From positions 1 through 64,000 of IMG/VR virus record IMGVR_UViG_3300028008_000009: a stretch of 64,000 nt of DNA; one strand, given 5' to 3'. This document shows, in pieces, positions 1 through 9,798 of this stretch. Below the pieces are notes generated by a model. The model was not told the DNA's origin. It worked only from the letters and a program-made list of their open reading frames with translations, and did no database searches. Every line of letters starts with the position of its first letter. Position 1 is the stretch's first letter. This DNA comes from a virus. Both the position numbers and the translations under genes were made by a program.

Positions 1-217
1 TACGCATTTCTGTATTTAGATGTTCTAATATTGCTTCTACTTCTTGTAATTGATTAAATCTGTGTTCGACAATACCTGGCATTTCTCTACTGTGTTTTTC
101 TAACACACCTTTCATACCACACTCGAATCTGGCGGCTTCAATTTCACGTTCGTAGAAAGAGATAGCCGAAACTATCTCTGCCATGTTCTGCGAAACTTTA
201 CGATACCAGTTACTCAT
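1..217 (-). CDS. uvsY: UvsY-like recombination mediator protein (partial, runs off window start)
   Basis: Not in ORF track. Manual translation from ATG at 217 (TAATG overlap with the upstream stop): MSNWYRKVSQNMAEIVSAISFYEREIEAARFECGMKGVLEKHSREMPGIVEHRFNQLQEVEAILEHLNTEMR..., helical. Lies downstream of RecA/UvsX as in T4-like phages. Confidence 0.6.
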   Translation of the reverse strand, partial: MSNWYRKVSQNMAEIVSAISFYEREIEAARFECGMKGVLEKHSREMPGIVEHRFNQLQEVEAILEHLNTEMR

Positions 218-483
218 TAATCTTCATCTTCCCAATATTCTTCTGCATATTCTTCGTCTGAATCATAATCGTCGTTTTCATCAAAGTGACTAACTAATGC
301 ATTATCAAGGTGCTCACAATGTTCACCAATTTCTGTTGCATTACGTTTAAGATCTACTCCGTAATCATCTAAAGTAAAAATAAAATCTTCTGCAAAATCG
401 CTTTTTACTTTTCCTGGCACGTACTTAATTGCCTTGTCGTATATCTGTAAAAATAACTCTAAATCGTTATCACTCAGATTCAT
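217..483 (-). CDS. Small acidic hypothetical protein
   Basis: ORF 217..501; likely start is ATG at 483 (MNLSDNDLELF...), overlapping the recA end. Very acidic C-terminus. Confidence 0.7.
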   Translation of the reverse strand: MNLSDNDLELFLQIYDKAIKYVPGKVKSDFAEDFIFTLDDYGVDLKRNATEIGEHCEHLDNALVSHFDENDDYDSDEEYAEEYWEDED

Positions 484-1561
484 TATTGGTCTCCATGTCA
501 ATTATTTCTTCTTCAACTGCATCAACCACATCGTTGTTATACTCTGCCATTACAGTTTCTAATGCACCGTCTTTGTTAGCATTCCAAGGTTTACGGAACA
601 TTTTAATTACTTCACCTGTTACCGGGCTAATGTATTCTAAACTGTTTCCGCTTTTCTTTAACAAGCCTTTTGCTTCAAAGAAGTCAGTCAAGCCACTGTA
701 TGGACTCATACCTGTTTCATATGGAATTTCAACTTGTACACTTTCAAATGGTTTTGCATAACGTGACTTCATAACTTTACAAGCGGCACGTATACCAAAT
801 ACTTGTGATGTTTTGTTGCCATCTGCATCAACTTTTAGTTTAAGTTTACGCATTGCAATAACAATACTACTTGCATAGATAAAGCCCTGTCCGCCTGAGA
901 TCTTATCATCTGGATCGAACATGTCTTGTGATGCATATGTATGGTTTGTACACAACATACCAACATTGTATTGTCCTAGCATATTAACTGTATTACGTAC
1001 TAATGATGTTAGTGCTTTAGGTTTACGACCCATGTCACCTTTCATATCACCTTTTTGAAACTGATCTACATCAGTAGGTGTTAGTAGCATACCCAACGAG
1101 TCAACCACAAATAATACTTTAGGTCGATCGTCATCTTCTGCATCGGCATATTCTGCCTTGTAATCCTTCATAAAGTCACTAATTGTTTTAGCAACATCAT
1201 CAATCATACTCATGTTAAGTTTTAATAGTTTTTCTGGACTAGTATCTACATCAAGTGCATGTAACCAACTCTCATCAAGTGCATTCTCACTATCAATTAG
1301 TACTACAAAAATACCTTGCTGTTGTGCTGACTTAACTACATTGCCTGCTGCAATAAAAGATTTACCTGCACCACTCTCGCCTGCAAGTACTGTTACTTTA
1401 CCAAGTGGAATTCCTTTGTGGAAGTCATTACTGATAAGTTTGTTTAGGGTGTAATTTCCTGTGCTAATCCATGTGTCTGGATCATTAAAGCCTACGCTTA
1501 ATCCTGGTACACTTTTAGTAATAGCTTTACGGAATTTACTTACGTCAAAAGGTTTTGCCAT
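470..1561 (-). CDS. uvsX: RecA/UvsX-like recombinase
   Basis: Walker A GESGAGKS, IDSENALD, Walker B VVDSLG, NHTY, SGGQG motifs of the RecA family. Confidence 0.95.
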   Translation of the reverse strand: MAKPFDVSKFRKAITKSVPGLSVGFNDPDTWISTGNYTLNKLISNDFHKGIPLGKVTVLAGESGAGKSFIAAGNVVKSAQQQGIFVVLIDSENALDESWLHALDVDTSPEKLLKLNMSMIDDVAKTISDFMKDYKAEYADAEDDDRPKVLFVVDSLGMLLTPTDVDQFQKGDMKGDMGRKPKALTSLVRNTVNMLGQYNVGMLCTNHTYASQDMFDPDDKISGGQGFIYASSIVIAMRKLKLKVDADGNKTSQVFGIRAACKVMKSRYAKPFESVQVEIPYETGMSPYSGLTDFFEAKGLLKKSGNSLEYISPVTGEVIKMFRKPWNANKDGALETVMAEYNNDVVDAVEEEIIDMETNNESE

Positions 1562-1579
1562 TTATATCTCCAATCTAAG

Positions 1580-1611
1580 AAACTTGGACATGCTTGTGCA
1601 TGCCCAAGTTT
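1580..1611 (-). terminator. Hairpin / probable terminator after gp32
   Basis: Minus strand AAACTTGGGCATGC-ACAA-GCATGTCCAAGTTT followed by CTT. Confidence 0.6.
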
Positions 1612-1617
1612 TGTTAT

Positions 1618-2625
1618 TTACTTACGGTTACGAATTTGTGCTAAGATGTCTTCTGCACTTGGTGCCGCTCCTGCAGGTGCTGGTGCTGGTGCTGGTGCTG
1701 CCGCTGGTGCGGGTGCTGCCACTGGTGCTTCAACAACTGGTGCTGGAGCTACAGGTGCCGCTTCTGCAACTGGTTCCGGTGCAACTGGTGCCGCTGGTGC
1801 GGGTGCCATTGCCTTAGGTGCAGTTGTAGTTGGTGCATCTACGCCGTATGGACGATAAAACTGTCCAAAACGTTCTGGATCATATAACTGTCCATCTACA
1901 CTTGCTTCAAACATTTCAAAGATTGCTTGTAGATGTTCTGCATCTGGCTTCTTAGGTAAGAAGTCATTTAGGTTATGTAATCCATTAGCCGATACTGCAT
2001 CACGTTCTGTTTGATCTAAACTACGTGAGCGTCTGCTCCAATTACTTGTACTGTAATCTGCATATCCGCCTTTGCTTGATTTCACTACTTTAAAATCAGT
2101 ACCAGCTTCGTAATCTGTAGGAATTTCTTCAAACTCCGGATCCATTAGTGCGGCACTAATAATTTTATAAATTTGTGGTGAAATAACAAACCTACGAATA
2201 GGATTCTCTGGTACGTTATCTTCTGGTGAGTCGTTTTGTGTAACAAAACCTTGGAATATATAACTACGTTTCTTCCAATACTTACGTGCAGTATCTTCTA
2301 GTGCCGGGTCTTTAAACCACGGACGAATTTCTGCATGTACTGGACATTGTTCTCCCCACATTTCAACACAAGGAACTTGAACCATTACTGGTTTGTTCTC
2401 GTCTTGTCCTTTAACGCCTGGAAAGCTCAAACGGATCATTTGACGTTCTTTCCAAAAGAACGTATTGCCTTCGTCTGCGTCTGGTAGGAATCGTAGTGTT
2501 GCACTTGAACCTTCTGCAATGTTCCAATGTGCAAAGATGGCGTTGTCGCCGCCTTGTTGTCTTGAGCCTGAGCTCTTGTTTTCCTGTGCTTGTAGTTTTG
2601 CACGGATTTCTGCTAATGTTGCCAT
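1618..2625 (-). CDS. Single-stranded DNA-binding protein (T4 gp32-like)
   Basis: LRFLP, C..M.GE.CPV, YWKKRSY, TDFKVVK..KGGYADYSTS motifs; adjacent to the recombinase. Confidence 0.9.
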   Translation of the reverse strand: MATLAEIRAKLQAQENKSSGSRQQGGDNAIFAHWNIAEGSSATLRFLPDADEGNTFFWKERQMIRLSFPGVKGQDENKPVMVQVPCVEMWGEQCPVHAEIRPWFKDPALEDTARKYWKKRSYIFQGFVTQNDSPEDNVPENPIRRFVISPQIYKIISAALMDPEFEEIPTDYEAGTDFKVVKSSKGGYADYSTSNWSRRSRSLDQTERDAVSANGLHNLNDFLPKKPDAEHLQAIFEMFEASVDGQLYDPERFGQFYRPYGVDAPTTTAPKAMAPAPAAPVAPEPVAEAAPVAPAPVVEAPVAAPAPAAAPAPAPAPAGAAPSAEDILAQIRNRK

Positions 2626-2721
2626 AGTATTTCTCCTTTGTTAGCCTATGATAGCCTTTATTAGTTTTATAAAGTATACAATTCACTTGCATACAGTTGT
2701 TTTGCCTTTGTTAGCCTATAC

Positions 2722-2750
2722 AGTATACTACTTTAAGTGCTTACTGTCAA
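2722..2750 (-). promoter_or_regulatory. sigma70-type early promoter for gp32/recA operon
   Basis: TTGACA (2750-2745), 17 nt spacer, TATACT (2727-2722). Confidence 0.8.
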
Positions 2751-2769
2751 GCACTATTCCCAATTATTT

Positions 2770-4050
2770 TTAGGAAATTCTTTTACGAAGTTCTGCAATT
2801 ACAGAATCTGTAATAGATTCTTCTGTCGTTACAGCTACTTCCATTTTTGTTGCTGATCCCTTTTTATACAAGAAGTTAGCAATTTTTGCCGCTAACATTG
2901 TATTATTAGTTTTCATATCATGAACATCATTACTCATTTGTGTTAACACATTAAATAATGCATCATTCTTAGTTGTCATACCAATATAAGATAACATCGC
3001 ACTTAACTTAGCAAGTGGGCCCATTCCGCCGCTCCATTTTACTGGATCTTCGTTGTTAGGGTTATCTGGATCGTTTGCGTCAATATTTAATTTAAGATCA
3101 TCACCGGATTTGATTATAGCCATTGTATCATTTAATAGTTTATCATGCATAGTATCTTTACCCTCACGTTCGTTAAAAATGCGAGATACTGTTGAAAGAA
3201 CTTCATTCATATCTACAGTCTCAAATGTATTATACAAGAACTTATCAGATATGTCAACCGAATTTTCTTCGGTTTCTACTATTTCTTTTGATTGGTAACT
3301 ATTATAGCCTCTTAATGTTTGAAGACCTCTTACTGTTTCTTTAATGCTTTTTAGTTGTGATTTGATAGTTTCAACTACGTTAGCATTGCCTTCGTTAACT
3401 AGTTTGTTTGTTCTTACGTGTGTAAGGAACTGTGCCATTTCTGTTGCTTCTTTGCACATATTCATAATACCTGTGCCTTTAGCATCTTCAAATGTTCCAC
3501 CATGATTAACATGCATGGCCATAGCTTTAGCGCCTGCCATATATTTGTATGGGAATCTTGTTTGTTCTTTATTTGCATTTTCAATAAACAGACTGTGTAT
3601 ATTTCTGCTTCTGGCTCCACGCTTTTCTTCGTTAACACCTTTACTGTGCTTAACAATTAATCTTGCGTTTTCTAATTGAATGTAGCTTGTTTTCACGCTA
3701 CCAAATGCTTTACTAAATCCTTCTGTCACACTTTGGTGTGAGAAGTCTTTTGGTTCTATGTTTTTATCAAATCGTTTCACTGTATATTCACCCATCTGTT
3801 TGTGTACTGCACTCTTAAAACTATCTAACAATGTTTTATTGGCATTAATGTCAAAATCAGCACCTAGTTGAACTACTAATTCTAACTTGTTATCTTCTGA
3901 TCTCACAGAAATCATCATGTCATGCTCACTGACGTAAAACCTTGTTGCCGATTCAGCATCTAGTGTTTTTTCGCCTGCCTCTGTAAAAAGCACAACATCA
4001 TAGTTTGCGCCTTTTATAATATTAAATATTTCCTGTGAAACAGTTGCCAT
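2770..4050 (-). CDS. Hypothetical protein, probably virion/head associated
   Basis: 426 aa ORF with SD (AAGGAA) and late-type ATAAATA box at 4076-4082. Confidence 0.75.
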   Translation of the reverse strand: MATVSQEIFNIIKGANYDVVLFTEAGEKTLDAESATRFYVSEHDMMISVRSEDNKLELVVQLGADFDINANKTLLDSFKSAVHKQMGEYTVKRFDKNIEPKDFSHQSVTEGFSKAFGSVKTSYIQLENARLIVKHSKGVNEEKRGARSRNIHSLFIENANKEQTRFPYKYMAGAKAMAMHVNHGGTFEDAKGTGIMNMCKEATEMAQFLTHVRTNKLVNEGNANVVETIKSQLKSIKETVRGLQTLRGYNSYQSKEIVETEENSVDISDKFLYNTFETVDMNEVLSTVSRIFNEREGKDTMHDKLLNDTMAIIKSGDDLKLNIDANDPDNPNNEDPVKWSGGMGPLAKLSAMLSYIGMTTKNDALFNVLTQMSNDVHDMKTNNTMLAAKIANFLYKKGSATKMEVAVTTEESITDSVIAELRKRIS

Positions 4051-4075
4051 GTTTAATTCCTTGTTGTTCTATATG

Positions 4076-4082
4076 TATTTAT
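4076..4082 (-). promoter_or_regulatory. Late promoter box ATAAATA
   Basis: CATAAATAC on minus strand, ~26 nt upstream of ATG; resembles T4 gp55-dependent TATAAATA. Confidence 0.65.
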
Positions 4083-4095
4083 GCCTTTGTGCAAA

Positions 4096-5658
<1,563 letters not shown>

Positions 5659-5674
5659 ACTTGTATTTAGTCAA

Positions 5675-5708
5675 GAAAAACGGCGTAGTTAATTAAAACT
5701 ACACCGTT
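5675..5708 (-). terminator. Rho-independent terminator
   Basis: AACGGTGTAGTTT-TAATT-AACTACGCCGTT followed by TTTCTT on minus strand. Confidence 0.7.
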
Positions 5709-5730
5709 CTGTTATTCACCTGGGAGTAAA

Positions 5731-6957
5731 TTATTTCGATTTTTTTGCTTTGTAGGCTTCTTTAAGATCTTCTACTGTATGTTCTTTAATTCCTACTTTC
5801 ATGCTTTCCGCATCTAAGTATCTTTTTAAACTTAGGTTAACGCTTTGTGCAAGTTCATATGGCTCAGCATATACTGTAGATTCTTCTTCAGCTGCGCCGT
5901 CTGGTGTGTTTGCCCATTCGTTTAATTTTTCACTAATTGCTTCTTCTGATAAACCTGCGTTTTTCATCATAGTAACTAGTTGTGTAGTATCCATTGTTGG
6001 AGACTCTTCTAATTCTTCTTTATCATCTTCGGCTACTGCTACTTCTTCAAGCTCTTCAGTTTCTTCAACTTTATCATCTTCGTCATCTTTTTTAGCACCT
6101 TTTTTAGAAGCTAACATTTTTGCAAATGCGTCTTTTTGTGCTTGGCTTTGTGCTTCTTCAAGTCCAGATAATTCTTTTAATCTGTTCATATCAGATTCCA
6201 TTGATGCAATTTTTGTCCAACCTTCTTGATCAGCCATTTCGTCATCCATGTCTTGGAAGTTATTATCTTGTGGTTCAAAATATGTAAATTCACTTGATGG
6301 CATCATGTGTGTAAAGTTGTGAAGTTCGTCTTTGTTACAATATCCAAAAGCACCTGTTTCAGTGTTAATACATGCATATTCAGGAACATCGCCTTCAGTT
6401 ACTGCTTCTTCTGATTCAACTTTGTATTTTTTGCCGTCAACTTCAAATTCTTTCTTATTGGCCGCTTTAGCTTTTGCTAATTCGCCTGAGAATTCATTGC
6501 CTTCATTTGGAGCTTCTTCTAATGAATCTGGAACGCCATTGCCGTTCTCATCTTTCCACCAGCTACCTGTTTCATCATTGCAATCATGTGAACAATCTGT
6601 AGTTGGTTCATGCATTGTGTCGCCACAGTCTTCGCATTTGTAGTCTGATGCGTTTAGTTGTTGTGCTTCGTCCATGTCATCACCCATGTCATTTAAATCA
6701 TGGTTGCGTCTAAAGTCTGCAACAAAATCTTCAATTTGATCGCCACTTAAATAACGAACTAAATCGTCAAATACTGGTTGACAGTCGCCTTCAAAATGCA
6801 TATCAATTAAATCATAAATTGGTTCTGCAAATTCGCCAACTGCTTCTTGTGCCACTGGTTTCATTTCTCTTTGTGTTGCTTCAGGAGCCGGGCTTGGTGT
6901 TTGTTCTACCGTTGCTTGGCTACCAGCAAGTTTTAATATTCTCTCTAAATCACTCAT
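5731..6957 (-). CDS. Acidic hypothetical protein, possible head-internal/core protein
   Basis: 408 aa, very E/D-rich, repeated RxxxLxG motifs, Cys-rich insert. Confidence 0.7.
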   Translation of the reverse strand: MSDLERILKLAGSQATVEQTPSPAPEATQREMKPVAQEAVGEFAEPIYDLIDMHFEGDCQPVFDDLVRYLSGDQIEDFVADFRRNHDLNDMGDDMDEAQQLNASDYKCEDCGDTMHEPTTDCSHDCNDETGSWWKDENGNGVPDSLEEAPNEGNEFSGELAKAKAANKKEFEVDGKKYKVESEEAVTEGDVPEYACINTETGAFGYCNKDELHNFTHMMPSSEFTYFEPQDNNFQDMDDEMADQEGWTKIASMESDMNRLKELSGLEEAQSQAQKDAFAKMLASKKGAKKDDEDDKVEETEELEEVAVAEDDKEELEESPTMDTTQLVTMMKNAGLSEEAISEKLNEWANTPDGAAEEESTVYAEPYELAQSVNLSLKRYLDAESMKVGIKEHTVEDLKEAYKAKKSK

Positions 6958-7405
6958 TGCCTTTTTCCTTTTCTTTACGAAGTTTTAACAACTCCTTGAT
7001 TAAATTAGCGTTATGCTTTTCACCTGATAGTTCGTCTGCTGGAACTTCTTCTGGTTCAAAGTGTTCTTCTTTTGTATCAACATCTGTTTCGTGTTCGCCT
7101 TTTACTTTTAGCACACCATCTCTTAATCCCAACATGTTTCCAATCTCAGTTTGTACTTGAGCGGATGTTGTAATTAACTTTGTTTCAAATTCATATGAAT
7201 AAACTTCATATCCTCTGTGTTGAGGGAAGTCTCTTGGTATACTTTGTAGTATTGTTTTCTTTTCAGCACTGAGTCCTGTCGAGTCATATTTCATTAGGTG
7301 CTTCTCGATGCGATCACACTGTTCATCTGTTAGTTGATGAATTGTTTTGATGCAGAAATTCCAAGTTTTATTAGATTCTACAAGATATTGTGTAAATGAT
7401 TTCAT
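6950..7405 (-). CDS. Hypothetical protein (late operon)
   Basis: 151 aa, starts MKSFTQYLVES, SD GGAGA, ATAAATA box at 7425-7431. Confidence 0.75.
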   Translation of the reverse strand: MKSFTQYLVESNKTWNFCIKTIHQLTDEQCDRIEKHLMKYDSTGLSAEKKTILQSIPRDFPQHRGYEVYSYEFETKLITTSAQVQTEIGNMLGLRDGVLKVKGEHETDVDTKEEHFEPEEVPADELSGEKHNANLIKELLKLRKEKEKGNE

Positions 7406-7423
7406 AACGTCTTCTCCATAATA

Positions 7424-7966
7424 CTATTTATCATCGTTCTTCATTTTATTCATGATTTCGGCTAATAACTCTGATCTATCTCCAATTATACGTCCTGTAA
7501 CTTCTTCTGTATCTTCATCTGTTCCAAGTTTATCTTTTACATATGCATCAGTTTTCTTTTCTTCTTGCTGTATTCGTTGTTGACGCATTTGTAGTTCAAT
7601 CATTTTCATTTTTTTGTCCATTTTAGCTTGTTTGGCCTGTAATGCGGCCGCAAGCATTTTACTTGCACTATCAAATATTGGTGCAGCGTGTCTATCTTCT
7701 ACATTTCTACCTAAATCTACTAAATCATCAAATGTTGCCATAGCCTTTGATGCATATGCATCCATTTCTCTGTCGAGCTCTTCCATTCCTGTTACCATAG
7801 GAAGTGCTGCATCGGCACGTTCTGCAATGCTTAAATCATCTTTATATTTAACTATTTCGTTTTGAGTTTCTTCAACAGTTGGCTCTAATTCTTCTTCAGG
7901 TTCAACATCTGGCATTAATTCTTCTATTGATGGTAAGTTAAATTCTTCTTCTAATTTTTTTGTCAT
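7424..7966 (-). CDS. Putative terminase small subunit (gp16-like)
   Basis: Helical 180 aa protein with C-terminal IIGDRSELLAEI motif resembling T4-like gp16 ends; lies upstream of the terminase large subunit. Confidence 0.55.
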   Translation of the reverse strand: MTKKLEEEFNLPSIEELMPDVEPEEELEPTVEETQNEIVKYKDDLSIAERADAALPMVTGMEELDREMDAYASKAMATFDDLVDLGRNVEDRHAAPIFDSASKMLAAALQAKQAKMDKKMKMIELQMRQQRIQQEEKKTDAYVKDKLGTDEDTEEVTGRIIGDRSELLAEIMNKMKNDDK

Positions 7967-8412
7967 TTCTTCCTCTTTTTAGAACGAGTAGGCTTGTTAA
8001 ATATTTGATGTTCAGTTATAACTCTAAAGCCCATTCCTTGTTGCTTACACCATGCTCTTGCTGATTCCCACTTAGCATGATTAACCACTGCTTGCGCTTT
8101 ATCCATTTGTGTTTTAGCTTCACCTAATGTTTGCTTTGCTGGTTTTATTTCAACCATTTCTGCATGGTTTCCGCCGCCTGCATCCTTGTATACCATAAGT
8201 AAATCTGGAACATAGGTTGATGCTTTACCTGTCAATGGATTTCTATACGGAATTCTGTGTGTTTCACTTCCCCAACCTAGTACGGCTGGATGATTGTCAC
8301 ACATACGGAATACTGCTAGTTCCCACCCGCTTCTATATCTTGGTGCTTTTTTACCTAAGTATTTACCTGGGTTAGAAACCTCGTAAATGCCTTGCATGTA
8401 GTTCTTAGGCAT
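7963..8412 (-). CDS. Head completion nuclease (T4 gp4-like, TnsA-type PD-(D/E)XK)
   Basis: YRSGWE, WGSE..IPY, YVPD, EIKP, N.AKW..A..WC, FRVITE motifs. Confidence 0.88.
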   Translation of the reverse strand: MPKNYMQGIYEVSNPGKYLGKKAPRYRSGWELAVFRMCDNHPAVLGWGSETHRIPYRNPLTGKASTYVPDLLMVYKDAGGGNHAEMVEIKPAKQTLGEAKTQMDKAQAVVNHAKWESARAWCKQQGMGFRVITEHQIFNKPTRSKKRKK

Positions 8413-8420
8413 TGAGTCTC

Positions 8421-9026
8421 CTAAGTGTTTGATATGTCTCTGATATCGTAGCCTTCGTAAACAAATGTAAGTTTGTATTGTACAAGGCTACTATCTGAGT
8501 AATCTAATGTATCTGCGTCTATTGATGTAATAACTGGATTGTATACGGTTATTTTATTAACTGACTGATTATCGCTTCTTACAATATCTAATGTTTTGAT
8601 AAAGTTTCTATCTCGCTGTAATTTAAAACCTGCATCTAGTGTAGCAAAATCATCAGTTGGATCAATGTTCATTGGTCCTGCAAAATAGTAGTTTGAATAA
8701 TCTTTTAAGAAATTTTGCAGGACCGAAGGAGAATGGATATCGTATGCGGTTAGTATTATTGGAGAATATTCATAGTTTGTTTGAACTACTCTCTTTTTGT
8801 TATATGCGTTCATTGTCACAGCTGACGAAGTCCAACTTGGCATTTGGATATTTAATATTTTATCCAATTCCAATGTTTGAATTCCATTATCAAACACACT
8901 GCTTCCAGTGTCGCTGACATACTTTAAGCTGGCAGTAAAATTAAATTTATGCCTTGGAACCCCTTTGACTACTTGCTTTGCGCCAGTGCCTTGGTTATAC
9001 TTATCGTATGCGTAGTTGGTTCTCAT
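8421..9026 (-). CDS. Tail-tube-fold protein (gp19 paralog / tube initiator gp54-like)
   Basis: PRHKFNF...YNKKRVVQT..EYSPI.LTAYD...LDYSDSS..QYKLTFVYE parallels the adjacent tube protein. Confidence 0.6.
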   Translation of the reverse strand: MRTNYAYDKYNQGTGAKQVVKGVPRHKFNFTASLKYVSDTGSSVFDNGIQTLELDKILNIQMPSWTSSAVTMNAYNKKRVVQTNYEYSPIILTAYDIHSPSVLQNFLKDYSNYYFAGPMNIDPTDDFATLDAGFKLQRDRNFIKTLDIVRSDNQSVNKITVYNPVITSIDADTLDYSDSSLVQYKLTFVYEGYDIRDISNT

Positions 9027-9044
9027 CTGTAACTCCTGAACTGA

Positions 9045-9069
9045 TTAGTTGGCCCTAAGAGCCAACTAA
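9045..9069 (-). terminator. Hairpin after tail tube gene
   Basis: TTAGTTGGC-7nt-GCCAACTAA inverted repeat. Confidence 0.5.
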
Positions 9070-9080
9070 ATCAATCTAAT

Positions 9081-9674
9081 TTACCCTACGTCTGAAAGTA
9101 AATCGTCGTCTTGAGTTTCAAGTGTGTGTGCTGCATTATCATAACGAATTTGCATAGTTACCTGTACCATGTCACTTGTGCCATAGTTAAGATCTCCATA
9201 CTGTACGTTTGACAAGTAACAACCAGCTAATTCCCACTTATCAAGTGGTGCTGCTGCCGCTGTACCATCGAGGATTTCAATTTCCATATTAAATTTATAT
9301 GACAATCCTGATACTGTTCCATCTGTAGAGATGCCAGCACCTTGTGAGTTATGGTCTAATTGGTTGTTTAACTGTTGTCCAATTAATCTAATTACGCTTG
9401 AATTCACGTCATCACGTAAAACAATACTAATTGGTTCCCAAGTATGTTTACCTGCAATGTATGATTTTGAGTTATATGAATCAACAATAACTTCTTCGTG
9501 TGTAATGCTTGGACGTCCTGCACTAATTACGTTTTGTGTTGAACTAGTACGATCTGCAGCAACGTTTCCCATTCCTGTGAAGTTAACACGGAAACGGTAT
9601 TGTAGTTTTGGCATCAAAGTCGAGTTATCACTAGCCGACGAAGGTACACCAAATTGATTTAAATTTACAGCCAT
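9081..9674 (-). CDS. Tail tube protein (gp19-like)
   Basis: PKLQYRFRV, AGKHTWEPISIVLRDD, W.L.GCY...YGDLNY...IRYDNA; follows the sheath gene; late box at 9716-9722. Confidence 0.88.
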   Translation of the reverse strand: MAVNLNQFGVPSSASDNSTLMPKLQYRFRVNFTGMGNVAADRTSSTQNVISAGRPSITHEEVIVDSYNSKSYIAGKHTWEPISIVLRDDVNSSVIRLIGQQLNNQLDHNSQGAGISTDGTVSGLSYKFNMEIEILDGTAAAAPLDKWELAGCYLSNVQYGDLNYGTSDMVQVTMQIRYDNAAHTLETQDDDLLSDVG

Positions 9675-9732
9675 CTTTTTCTCCTTAATAAACTGTTGTA
9701 GTTATATACTATATGTATTTATCATAATTGAC

Positions 9733-9773
9733 AAAAAAAATAAAGGCCACTTTTAAAAAAAGCAACCTTTATT
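9733..9773 (-). terminator. Rho-independent terminator after sheath
   Basis: AATAAAGGTTGC...GTGGCCTTTATT followed by a T-run on minus strand. Confidence 0.65.
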
Positions 9774-9798
9774 AAATTTAGTCGTATATAGCTACCTT

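Noticed and set aside
7963-8412. TnsA-like nuclease as a sign of a Tn7 transposon
   Set aside because: Motifs and position fit the T4 gp4-type head completion protein; no other transposition genes are present.
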